DNA of 32,000 bases, from the NCBI GenBank assembly GCA_965219535.1, contig CBDCNV010000002.1, forward strand, positions 1,890,001 to 1,922,000, given 5' to 3'. The notes under the pieces were generated by a model. The model was not told the origin of the DNA, ran no database searches, and worked only from the letters and a program-made list of their open reading frames with translations. This stretch comes from Opitutales bacterium. GTDB lineage: Bacteria; Verrucomicrobiota; Verrucomicrobiia; Opitutales; PNEW01. The position numbers and the translations under genes are program-made. This document shows positions 8,213-17,234 of the stretch, piece by piece. How positions within the stretch are numbered: the stretch's first letter is position 1; each line of letters opens with the position of its first letter.

Positions 8213-9583
8213 TTATTTGTTTATCACACCATTGACAAAACTTACCGCCGTTTGTTCCATGCTCGCGACCACCGATCTCGCTTTACGAGTCAGAATGGCA
8301 CCAAGAATAATGGCAGGTATAGCGACAATAAGACCAAACTCTGTGGTAATGAGGGCCTCAGATATCCCAGTAGAAAGGGATTTTGCATCGCCAGTACCAA
8401 ACACTGTAATAAGTCGGAAAGTTTTAATCATACCGGTGACAGTACCAAGAAGACCCAGGAGAGGGGCAGTGGCAGCAGTAACCTGGATTAGCGGTAACAT
8501 GCGTTCCAGCTTCGGTTGAGTAGTAATTATTTGTTCATAAATTACTTCTTCAAGTATTTCTTTATCTCGATCGGCATTCTCAACGGCAGAAGTCAGCATT
8601 TCTCCAACCGGGCCTCGAACTGATTTTGCATGAGCCAAAGCCTTTTCTTTTTCGCCATCTTTCAGGTGCTTCAGAATGATACTTACATCATTTTCCTGGG
8701 CTGCTTTTACTCCTGAAAGTTCAAACCATTTAAAAATTGCAATTAATAGGGCAAAGGCAGCCAAACCCAAGATAGGAAACATTACAACGCCACCTTTTTT
8801 GATGTGTTCAATAATCGTTTCTTCTGTAGCGGCTACTTTCAGAGCATCACCAAGTGTAGTATCTATGGGCGCATTTCCTTCCCCGGTGTTAGCGAGTTTG
8901 GCAATTGATTTATAATGTTCTTCGCCGATGTCCTGGACCACGGCATTAGTCGATCCCAGTGCCAGTTCAGCCATACCAGCTATCCCCTGTTTACTCGCGA
9001 AATAGGCTATTGGGCCAATCACAATAAAATTTCCTTCCTCGTAAAGTCCATCAGGCATAATCGCTTTACCAGAAAATGTGTTCCCCCCGACAATGTCGGT
9101 GACACGATCTAAAGCGAGATCGATCACCGCGAGTTGAGTTTTGAATTTATCCGATCCCGAAAGATTGATATTATCCTGGGAATTCTTGGCTTCGGTGATT
9201 ATTTCTTCGAAGAGCTGAAGCTCACCAATATGAACCTGGGTTTCAAATCTTCTAATATAGTCACCCAACAAGCTACTGAGGTAATTATTATTGTCTTTAA
9301 GACGTGCAATTCTGTTTTCGAATCCACGCAAGTCAACGTTACGGTTATCCCTAAGGCGAGCAGCATGACTTGCATCCTGACGTTTTTGAATGGCTTCACT
9401 TTCCAGAGTGTTGAGCTCATTCGAAAGGGGAATACGCTCGTCGACGACGACTTTACGTAATTCGGCGAGTTCACTGAGTGAACTTTTTAAATCTTTCTCA
9501 GCATTTTCGCTAGCTTGCTCAAATTTTTGCCCGTAGGAAAGAGTGGTGATTACCAGTAATAAGGGGAGGAGATATTTTTTCAT
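8213..9583 (-). CDS. Long MotA/TolQ/ExbB-family protein with a large periplasmic N-terminal domain (TtpC-like)
   Basis: 456 aa. It has a signal peptide (MKKYLLPLLLVITTLSYGQ), a roughly 250-aa coiled-coil/soluble domain, and a C-terminal ExbB module (LLGLLGTVTGMIKTF, ISEALITTEFGLIVAIPA). Confidence 0.8.
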   Translation of the reverse strand: MKKYLLPLLLVITTLSYGQKFEQASENAEKDLKSSLSELAELRKVVVDERIPLSNELNTLESEAIQKRQDASHAARLRDNRNVDLRGFENRIARLKDNNNYLSSLLGDYIRRFETQVHIGELQLFEEIITEAKNSQDNINLSGSDKFKTQLAVIDLALDRVTDIVGGNTFSGKAIMPDGLYEEGNFIVIGPIAYFASKQGIAGMAELALGSTNAVVQDIGEEHYKSIAKLANTGEGNAPIDTTLGDALKVAATEETIIEHIKKGGVVMFPILGLAAFALLIAIFKWFELSGVKAAQENDVSIILKHLKDGEKEKALAHAKSVRGPVGEMLTSAVENADRDKEILEEVIYEQIITTQPKLERMLPLIQVTAATAPLLGLLGTVTGMIKTFRLITVFGTGDAKSLSTGISEALITTEFGLIVAIPAIILGAILTRKARSVVASMEQTAVSFVNGVINK

Positions 9584-9611
9584 AACAATCAGAAGTCAGA
9601 CTTTAAATAAA

Positions 9612-10403
9612 TTATTTTATGGAAACTGGTAGATCTACGAATTCAGCGGGTTTGATGATATTTTCGTATATAGCAATTGATCGGCTGATACTCGCTGCAA
9701 GATCAGTGTTTTCTTCCCATACCCAACCCTCTTCAGAGGGAGCTCCAATGCCGGCAATCTTAGCTTTACTGTCTACATAATACGCTTGTGCTAACCCGAT
9801 GTAGATAGTTTTGACCTCTGAAGTTGTTACTCCATCCGGCATATCCCTCAATTCGCTAATAACGGTGAGACTGTTATTAAATTTATCTATTTCATTCAGG
9901 GTTCCTATCACAATCGCCATGCGCTCACCTGCTGAAAGTCTTGTTTTCTTAGGGTTTTCAGGAATTTGATCGAGAAGGGGTTCCAATTTATCCTTTAATG
10001 GATCGGGAAGTGTTTTAGCGATGGCTTGAATCTTATTCTCGTAATCGGCAACGACACCGTCTACCACACGTGAAGCACTGCGTAGCGCAGCTTCCTCATC
10101 TTCAAGCTCAACTCTTTTAACGTCAGCATGGGTAGCTTCTGTCTCTGATTCTTCAATCTGAACGTCGAGAGCATCAATTTCATTTTTAAGAAGATCGATC
10201 ATGTAAACGATGGCGCTCTTTTTTTCACGCCAATCGTTTTCTTCTTTCGATATAATTTGGCGCGTTTTCACCCATTCGCTTACTAAAGAACGTGCCTTTT
10301 GAATTTTATCTTCTTCCTTCTTGAGTGGTGTTACTTGTCCCCCTAAGGAACAAACCATTGCAAGAATAAGAGTTGTTATGCCTGCCAATATCTTTTTATT
10401 CAT
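9612..10403 (-). CDS. DUF3450-like periplasmic coiled-coil protein (TtpB-like), first gene of the TonB2-type cluster
   Basis: 263 aa with a signal peptide and a long coiled-coil. The C-terminal segment IYIGLAQAYYVDSKAKIAGIGAPSEEGWVWEE is present. The gene sits immediately upstream of the long ExbB-family gene, as in Vibrio TonB2 clusters. Confidence 0.55.
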   Translation of the reverse strand: MNKKILAGITTLILAMVCSLGGQVTPLKKEEDKIQKARSLVSEWVKTRQIISKEENDWREKKSAIVYMIDLLKNEIDALDVQIEESETEATHADVKRVELEDEEAALRSASRVVDGVVADYENKIQAIAKTLPDPLKDKLEPLLDQIPENPKKTRLSAGERMAIVIGTLNEIDKFNNSLTVISELRDMPDGVTTSEVKTIYIGLAQAYYVDSKAKIAGIGAPSEEGWVWEENTDLAASISRSIAIYENIIKPAEFVDLPVSIK

Positions 10404-10455
10404 TCAGTAAGTAATTTGTATGTTATGTGGCTAATTCAATAGTGATGACTGGAAT

Positions 10456-10473
10456 TCACGATGCATATCGTGA
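10456..10473. promoter_or_regulatory. Inverted repeat with 7-bp arms, TCACGAT-GCAT-ATCGTGA (candidate operator)
   Basis: Read directly from the sequence. It lies 53-70 bp upstream of the ATG of the first TonB2-cluster gene (10403). It abuts a Fur-box-like AT-rich inverted repeat, TGATATA-n7-ATTATCA, at 10471-10491. Confidence 0.3.
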
Positions 10474-10937
10474 TATAAATACCAATTATCACAATTGAAT
10501 TGGGTTGATAGGAAAAAATGGGAAAGAGCAAGATTGGTCAGCTGCTTGTGATATTACAAATCAAAAATCAATTATTTTAACAATTCTTTTACTTCTGTAA
10601 AAAGCAGAATTGAAGATACCAAATGGCTCATTTCCTACAGTCAGGTAATCACACTCTTTATATCCGGTAAAAAATTGATAAATAGGAAGCCAATGGATTA
10701 ATTTCTCAATGATCTGCCACAAGGGTCTATCTATCAAAAAATACCTAATGATTAAAATATGCGCTTTACAAAGAGGCCATTCAGGTTTTTTTTAGCCTGT
10801 TTCCAAATGCTTGAGAATGATTAGTTCAGCTCAGCTCCTATCCTTCTGATCGCGATTGATGTGTGTTTTCTCATCAAAAGTACCTTAAGGATTAGTGGGT
10901 TACAGTATAAAATTACTCATTTATATTAAATTTGATT

Positions 10938-11126
10938 ATGAACAAAACACGTAAATCCATTGCTAAAAAATTTAAAGTGACCGGAAGCGGCAAGATTATG
11001 CGACGCAGCCCAGGCATGCGTCATAATTTGAGCAAGCAGTCTGTAAAGCGAAAACGAAGGAATACTAGAGACAAACTGGTATCTCCATCCTATGTTCAGA
11101 TAGTCAGAAAATCGTTGCTGAAATAA
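10938..11126 (+). CDS. rpmI: 50S ribosomal protein L35
   Basis: MNKTRKSIAKKFKVTGSGKIMRRSPGMRHNL... is the typical L35 basic pattern. I prefer the ATG at 10938 over the TTG at 10932 used by the ORF track. Confidence 0.9.
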   Translation: MNKTRKSIAKKFKVTGSGKIMRRSPGMRHNLSKQSVKRKRRNTRDKLVSPSYVQIVRKSLLK

Positions 11127-11236
11127 TCTTATAGACTACATGTAACTTAACTAATAATTTTTGGGCCCGCCGGGTAATATCAATTATATCATCTTAAAGG
11201 CGACCTAGCAGCCCTTGAACAGTAGGAGAAACAAAC

Positions 11237-11599
11237 ATGCCTAGATCAACAAATTCCGTTTCATCACGCAAACGCCGTCGCAGGACCATTAGCCAGGCAA
11301 GTGGATATTGGGGTAAAAAGAACAATATCTATCGTTATGCTAAGGATGCTGTTGACCGTGCTGGTCAATATGCCTACCGCGATCGCCGTAAAAAGAAGAG
11401 TACTTGGCGTCAACTCTGGATCATCCGCATAAATGCGGCTTGCAGAAGCAATGATATAAGTTATAGCCGATTTGTGCATGGGTTGAAGATTGCAGGGATC
11501 GAACTCGATCGTAAGTCGTTATCTGAGATCGCAATCCACGACGAAACTGCCTTCAAGGTTTTAGTAGAAAAATCCATAGAAGCAAATAAAGCGGCCTGA
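11237..11599 (+). CDS. rplT: 50S ribosomal protein L20
   Basis: MPRSTNSVSSRKRRRR... and YRDRRKKKSTWRQLWIIRINAACR are L20 hallmarks. The Shine-Dalgarno sequence AGGAGA lies 7 nt upstream. Confidence 0.95.
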   Translation: MPRSTNSVSSRKRRRRTISQASGYWGKKNNIYRYAKDAVDRAGQYAYRDRRKKKSTWRQLWIIRINAACRSNDISYSRFVHGLKIAGIELDRKSLSEIAIHDETAFKVLVEKSIEANKAA

Positions 11600-11697
11600 T
11601 ATTTGGAAATATTCATCCGGCAGCTTGACCAAAATTAGTGAGATTTGGTCGAATGGGGATAATATTTCCGTGGAAGATCAAATCATTCCGCTAAAAA

Positions 11698-12741
11698 ATG
11701 ATGGAAGCTAAGCTAAACACCATTTTGGAGGAGGCACAGAAAAGTGTCATAAATTTGAGTAGCCGTGCTGAATTTGAAGCTTTTAAAGCGCGACTGATGG
11801 GGCCCCGAGGCAGTTTTACCGAATGTGGAAAAGGAATTGGCAAGTTGCCTAAAGAAGAGAGGCCTATAGTAGGTAAACACATCAATGTAATTAAAAAGCA
11901 GCTTGAGCTCCTGCTTAATCAAGCTCTCGAACGAATAGAAGATACTGAATTGACGCAAAGCCTGGGTGCAGACATTGATCCCACGCTCCCAAGCCCTGAC
12001 ATTGGTTCGGGCACCCATCATATCATCAGCCAAGTACGGCGAGAAATATGCAGTATATTCCGCAAAGTGGGGTTCACAGTAGCTGAAGGGCCTGAGTTGG
12101 ATACGGAATTTTACTGTTTCGATGCCCTGAATACTCCGCCTGAACATCCCGCGCGAGATGCTCAGGATACCTACTACCTGCCTCAATCATTCACATCAGG
12201 AAATCTAACCAAGCGGGAAGATGAGCGCTATGTTCTGCGCCCGCATACATCGACGGTGCAAGTTCGGACCTTGCTTACGGAAAAACCACCATTGCGCATA
12301 ATATCCCCGGGTAGGTGCTTCCGCCGCGATACTATGGATGCGACACACAGCGCTAATTTTGTACAATTAGAAGGTCTTTATGTCGATAAAAACGTTACGG
12401 TCAAAGACCTAAAAGCGATTCTTGAATATTTCATCCGGGCTCTTTTAGGAGAAAAAGCGCGCATGCGCTTTCGCCCCCACTTTTTTCCTTATACTGAACC
12501 CAGCTTTGAAGTTGATTTCTATTCGGGCCATTTGGAAAAAGTTGGCGCCGAATGGGTAGAAGTTATGGGCTGTGGTATGGTTGATCCTTCTCTCTTTGAA
12601 GCGGTCGACTATGATCCAAATGAGTGGACGGGCTACGCGTTTGGGATGGGGATAGAACGTATCGCGATGATCCTCTACGGGGTGGATGATGTACGCTATT
12701 TTTATCAGAATGACTTACGTTTTCTTAAACAATTTTCATAA
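11698..12741 (+). CDS. pheS: Phenylalanine--tRNA ligase alpha subunit
   Basis: 347 aa with class II aaRS motifs (RPHTS, FRRD, GMGIERIAMILYG) and a typical PheS N-terminal coiled-coil. Confidence 0.95.
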   Translation: MMEAKLNTILEEAQKSVINLSSRAEFEAFKARLMGPRGSFTECGKGIGKLPKEERPIVGKHINVIKKQLELLLNQALERIEDTELTQSLGADIDPTLPSPDIGSGTHHIISQVRREICSIFRKVGFTVAEGPELDTEFYCFDALNTPPEHPARDAQDTYYLPQSFTSGNLTKREDERYVLRPHTSTVQVRTLLTEKPPLRIISPGRCFRRDTMDATHSANFVQLEGLYVDKNVTVKDLKAILEYFIRALLGEKARMRFRPHFFPYTEPSFEVDFYSGHLEKVGAEWVEVMGCGMVDPSLFEAVDYDPNEWTGYAFGMGIERIAMILYGVDDVRYFYQNDLRFLKQFS

Positions 12742-12808
12742 AGCAATGATGTTCTTACTTAATATTACAGGGTTTAATGACTTATTGTCACCCTAACTGC
12801 TACCGGAT

Positions 12809-15256
12809 GTGAAAATCAGTCATCAATGGCTTACACGCTATCTGGAATTAAATAAGTCTTCTCGTGAGATAGTAGACGCGCTTACCCTGATTGGATTTGA
12901 AGTAGAGGGGATTGAAAAGACAGGATTGCAACCCTTGAAAAATGTAAAGGTTGGGGGAGTAGTAAGTATCAATGTACACCCCCAGGCCGACCGCCTGAGT
13001 GTGTGCGAGGTAAATGTGGGTGGCGAGGGTGGAAATCGTCAGATTGTTTGTGGAGCTAAAAATTTTAAAATTGGCGATCGGGTTGCGGTTGCTCTACCCG
13101 GAGCAGAATTAGCTGGGGGCATTAAAATTAAAAAATCTAAACTGCGTGGAATAACATCTAAGGGCATGATGTGCAGTCCAAAAGAATTGGGCTTAGGTGA
13201 CGATCATGAGGGATTACTTATTCTCGACGCAGGTTCGGAAATCGGACTACCGATAAATGAAGTTTTGCCTCACGGTGATCTCGTATTCGATATTGAAGTA
13301 ACGCCTAACCGGCCTGACTGCCTGAGTTACATAGGGATTGCGCGCGAATTAGGGGCTTATTTTAATCAGGCTTTTTCCTATCCGGAAGTAAATAGCGGTT
13401 CGAGTAAACACGAACCGATGAATAATTTAATTGAGTCCGTGCACGTTGATACGGAAGAAAACTGTCCGCATTATCGAGCCTATTCAATACAAGGAGTAAA
13501 AATTGCTCCCAGCCCGGGCTGGTTACAACTCCTACTTAAATCAGTGGGACTGCGGCCTATAAATAATGTTGTCGATATAACCAACTTCGTTCTGCACGAG
13601 CTCGGGCATCCCCTGCACGCTTTCGATGCTAAAAAGATTCGAGGACAGGAATTGGTAGTGAGACTGGCTCACGTGGGCGAAAAGATTTTTACCCTCGATG
13701 ATAAAGAGCGTGAATTGCAACCGGACATGGTAGTCATTGCGGATAGAGAAAAGCCGCTAGTTATTGGCGGCATTATGGGAAGCATAGATGCTGAAGTGGA
13801 TGATAAGACGACTGATATAGTCCTTGAAGCCGCGTATTTTAACCCAATAAATATCCGGCGAACATCGCGTGCACTTGGACTTTCCACGGATAGCTCGTAT
13901 CGTTATGAACGTGGAGTTGACCCTTGTGGTGCTGAGTATGCCGCACTGCGGGCAATTGATTTAATTCAGGAAATTGCCGGGGGTGAATTAATCAGTTCCC
14001 CACACGTTGCTGGTGGACCTTCGATAATTAAAAGAGAAATCGAAATAACCCCTGAATTTGTTCGCCGGGCACTTGGTTTCAATGTTGAAAATGAAATAAT
14101 TAAAGAGACTTTGGAAAAGCTGCAACTTAATGTAGATGTCCATGAGACTGATGAGGGTAATGATAGATGGATAGTCGAGATACCCAGCTTCCGTCTTGAT
14201 TTAGAACGGCGCATTGATCTGGTGGAAGAAATCCTTCGTATTTACGGTACAGATAAAATTCCTGCGGCTACGGTTATGACCCCGGGGCTATTGCGGGAGG
14301 ATGATTCAATAAGTATTTTTCTAAATGACACTTCTGATTACCTCGTAGGTCAGGATTTTAATGAATGCTCGAATTACAGCACACGCAATGAAGAAGAATT
14401 GCTGCATTGGTATTCACATACCGACGCCACTAATCTAAGTTTAGATAACCCGCTTACAAGCGACCAAAGCCATTTGCGTAGTTCTTTGATACCGGGACTA
14501 CTCGATAGTTTGATGCTCAATCAATCCCGTGGAAATAAACCGACGCGGTTATTTGAGTGTGGTCGAGTGTTCAAAGAAAGAGAGGGTCGGGTGTGGGAAT
14601 TGGTCTCCGTAGCTTTTCTTATCGTACAAACACCGCATCCAGAAACCTGGCTTGTTCGAGAAGAGCCCGATTTTCACAGGGCACAAAACAATGTCCGTCG
14701 AATTCTAAACTTTGCCGGGGTCACGCTGCATGAAGAAGGATTTGCTCCGCTAGAGGGAAAAGATGCGTGGCAAGTCGGTCATGCTGCCACTACCGGTGAT
14801 TTTCTCAATGGCTACGAGATCGAGGTTGGTCTTGTCAGTCTTCCGATGTTAAGAAATTGGGATATTGTGGGCACTGTCCTTGCCGGCGATATTTATCTAC
14901 AACCCGAATTTCTAAAACGAGATAGAGAGCGGCCGCATTATCATGCCTTCAGCCAATTTCCACCCACGACAAAGGATCTCGCGATCCTTGTCGATAGCAA
15001 CGCACTGGCGGGCAAGGTAAAGTTAGATCTCGAAAAGATTACACTCGATTGTGTGAGCGATGAATTTGAATTGGAATCGGTTTCTGTTTTCGATCTTTAT
15101 GAGGGGAAAGAGCTTCCCCAAGGCAAAAAAAGCCTCGCTTTTTCCCTGGTCTTTCGCTCGCTCGAGCGCACCTTGACTGATGATGAGGTGAATCGGGTTT
15201 TTGATGCTATCCAAGAGAATATTTCTAAAAATACCGATTACAAAATTCGGTCATAA
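12809..15256 (+). CDS. pheT: Phenylalanine--tRNA ligase beta subunit
   Basis: 815 aa with a GTG start. It has an MKISHQWL N-terminus, a tRNA-binding OB domain, the FDIEVTPNRPDCLS motif, and B3/4, B5 and C-terminal anticodon-binding regions. Confidence 0.95.
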   Translation: MKISHQWLTRYLELNKSSREIVDALTLIGFEVEGIEKTGLQPLKNVKVGGVVSINVHPQADRLSVCEVNVGGEGGNRQIVCGAKNFKIGDRVAVALPGAELAGGIKIKKSKLRGITSKGMMCSPKELGLGDDHEGLLILDAGSEIGLPINEVLPHGDLVFDIEVTPNRPDCLSYIGIARELGAYFNQAFSYPEVNSGSSKHEPMNNLIESVHVDTEENCPHYRAYSIQGVKIAPSPGWLQLLLKSVGLRPINNVVDITNFVLHELGHPLHAFDAKKIRGQELVVRLAHVGEKIFTLDDKERELQPDMVVIADREKPLVIGGIMGSIDAEVDDKTTDIVLEAAYFNPINIRRTSRALGLSTDSSYRYERGVDPCGAEYAALRAIDLIQEIAGGELISSPHVAGGPSIIKREIEITPEFVRRALGFNVENEIIKETLEKLQLNVDVHETDEGNDRWIVEIPSFRLDLERRIDLVEEILRIYGTDKIPAATVMTPGLLREDDSISIFLNDTSDYLVGQDFNECSNYSTRNEEELLHWYSHTDATNLSLDNPLTSDQSHLRSSLIPGLLDSLMLNQSRGNKPTRLFECGRVFKEREGRVWELVSVAFLIVQTPHPETWLVREEPDFHRAQNNVRRILNFAGVTLHEEGFAPLEGKDAWQVGHAATTGDFLNGYEIEVGLVSLPMLRNWDIVGTVLAGDIYLQPEFLKRDRERPHYHAFSQFPPTTKDLAILVDSNALAGKVKLDLEKITLDCVSDEFELESVSVFDLYEGKELPQGKKSLAFSLVFRSLERTLTDDEVNRVFDAIQENISKNTDYKIRS

Positions 15257-15337
15257 ATAGGATAGGGCTTGGCGGTTTTATCTTCTTTGATTCCTTTGGT
15301 CTTGCCTTTAAAGGCTTAGTCATCAAAACCCCATAAT

Positions 15338-15628
15338 ATGGCAGATACCTCAAGTATAGATATTGACTATGTGGCCAATCTCGCGCGCTTGGATTTAACT
15401 GAAGATGAAAAGAAAAAGTTTTCAGTTCAGCTGGGAGAAGTTCTAAAATATTTCGAGCGAATTAATGAAGTTGATGTTACTGATGTCGAGCCGATGGCTC
15501 ATGCATTTCCCGTTTATAATGTTTGGGATGAGGATAAGGCAGAAGAAGGTTTCACCGTTGAAGAGGCGTTAAAAAACGCACCGGCTAGACGCGATGATCA
15601 AATCGTCGTACCCAAAGTGGTCGAATGA
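15338..15628 (+). CDS. gatC: Asp/Glu-tRNA amidotransferase subunit C
   Basis: 96 aa with the LARLDLTEDEKKKF pattern typical of GatC. It lies directly upstream of gatA. Confidence 0.9.
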   Translation: MADTSSIDIDYVANLARLDLTEDEKKKFSVQLGEVLKYFERINEVDVTDVEPMAHAFPVYNVWDEDKAEEGFTVEEALKNAPARRDDQIVVPKVVE

Positions 15629-15697
15629 TACCTCTATGCTCAATCCTGAAAATCCCAAATATCATGATTTAACTTATCTCTGATTCTTAATAAAGAG

Positions 15698-17161
15698 ATG
15701 TCTGATCTATTTTATAAAACTGCAGCGGAGTTGAGCAGTCTGTTGATAAAGGGGGAGGTTTCCTCCTGCGACTTAACTCAAGCCGTAATCGATCGCACCC
15801 AAGCGGTTGAACCGAAAGTAAAGGCCTTTCTAAGTTATGATGAAGAGGATGCCTTGAAGCAGGCAAAAATCAGCGATGAGCGTATAGCCCGTGGAGAATC
15901 TCGCGGACTGCTAGAAGGTATACCTGTGGGCATTAAAGATATCATTGCCGTTAATGGTGAACAACTTTCCTGCGCGAGTAAAATTCTTGAAAAGTTTAAT
16001 TCCCCTTATGATGCAACATCTGCTATTAACTTAAAAAATGCCGGCGCTGTCCTTTGGGGGCGATTAAATATGGATGAATTTGCAATGGGTTCATCCACGG
16101 AAAACTCGGCTTATCAAGTCACTTCAAACCCCTGGGATTTAGATAGAATTCCGGGTGGAAGCAGCGGTGGCAGCGCCGCCGGTGTAGCGGCCGGTGAAGC
16201 TATTCTTGCGATTGGCAGTGATACGGGCGGATCTATTCGACAACCTGCATCCCTCTGTGGCGTTGTAGGATTGAAACCGACTTACGGACTCATTTCACGT
16301 TACGGTTTAGTCGCCTATGCCTCTTCACTTGATCAGATAGGTCCGTTTGCACGCTCGGTCGAAGATGTTGCTATTCTTCTCCAGGCTATTGCGAGTCATG
16401 ATCGGCTCGATTCAACTTCAATCAAAACAGAGATACCTGACTATCGCGCCGCTTTAGAGCAAGCGGACAGACCATGGAAACTGGGAGTACCCAGTGAATA
16501 TTTTAGTGACGGTCTCGATAATGAGGTTGGAGCGGCGATTGAAAATGCGATAAAATTTTTCGAGAGCAATGGTTGCGAAATTGTCAATGTCTCATTACCA
16601 CACACAGACCTCGCGGTTCCTGTCTATTACATAATTGCGACTGCGGAAGCGTCATCAAACCTTGCCCGCTATGATGGCATTCGCTATTCCCATCGAAGTG
16701 ATAAAGCCGTCGATTCGATTGATCTCTATTTTAAATCACGAGCCGAGGGTTTTGGTGAAGAGGTGAAACGCCGCATCATACTTGGCACCTATGTTTTGAG
16801 CAGCGGGTATTATGATGCTTACTATCTGAGGGCTCAGAAAGTGCGAACTCTCATCCGTCAGGATTTTATGAAATCCTTCGAGAAAGTTGACGCCCTCCTG
16901 ACACCGACGTCACCTACCGTCGCATTTAAAATAGGGGAGCGTTCGGAAGACCCCCTCGCCATGTACTTGAGTGATATATACACAATCTCCGTAAATCTCG
17001 CAGGGTTACCCGGCATCTCCGTTCCCTGTGGATTCAATTCAGAAAAAATGCCAATAGGACTTCAGATCATCGGCAAACCCTATTGTGAAGCTGATATTCT
17101 TGCTATGGCACACAAGTTCGAACGCAGCCACGAATTCTATAGAGAGCATCCAAAACTTTAA
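15698..17161 (+). CDS. gatA: Asp/Glu-tRNA amidotransferase subunit A
   Basis: 487 aa with the amidase signature GGSSGGSAAGVAAG...GSDTGGSIRQPA. Confidence 0.95.
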   Translation: MSDLFYKTAAELSSLLIKGEVSSCDLTQAVIDRTQAVEPKVKAFLSYDEEDALKQAKISDERIARGESRGLLEGIPVGIKDIIAVNGEQLSCASKILEKFNSPYDATSAINLKNAGAVLWGRLNMDEFAMGSSTENSAYQVTSNPWDLDRIPGGSSGGSAAGVAAGEAILAIGSDTGGSIRQPASLCGVVGLKPTYGLISRYGLVAYASSLDQIGPFARSVEDVAILLQAIASHDRLDSTSIKTEIPDYRAALEQADRPWKLGVPSEYFSDGLDNEVGAAIENAIKFFESNGCEIVNVSLPHTDLAVPVYYIIATAEASSNLARYDGIRYSHRSDKAVDSIDLYFKSRAEGFGEEVKRRIILGTYVLSSGYYDAYYLRAQKVRTLIRQDFMKSFEKVDALLTPTSPTVAFKIGERSEDPLAMYLSDIYTISVNLAGLPGISVPCGFNSEKMPIGLQIIGKPYCEADILAMAHKFERSHEFYREHPKL

Positions 17162-17234
17162 TATTATTACTTTTAAAATTCACTGGAATAATTTATTTCG
17201 TGCATAAGTTTTTCATCTATAAATTAAATAGATA

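Noticed and set aside
8217-9474. Several 65-108-aa ORFs on both strands (8217-8519, 8252-8491, 8676-8915, 8915-9112, 9134-9460, 9199-9474)
   Set aside because: All are nested in the 456-aa ExbB-family gene, which has clear conserved motifs. They have no independent support.
10932-10937. TTG start for rpmI used by the ORF track
   Set aside because: The ATG two codons downstream gives the typical L35 N-terminus MNKTRK. The choice stays uncertain without a clear Shine-Dalgarno sequence.
11600-11697. T-box riboswitch upstream of pheS
   Set aside because: There is no T-box consensus (AANNNGGGTGGTACCGCG-like) or specifier-loop architecture. The spacer, at 98 bp, is too short.
11713-12186. 157-aa minus-strand ORF (and the 64-aa ORF at 11691-11885)
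   Set aside because: It is antisense to the conserved pheS coding sequence and has no recognisable motifs. It is a typical shadow ORF.
15304-15315. Perfect 12-bp palindrome GCCTTTAAAGGC between pheT and gatC
   Set aside because: It is short and AT-cored, occurs once, and has no associated promoter or terminator features. It is compatible with chance.
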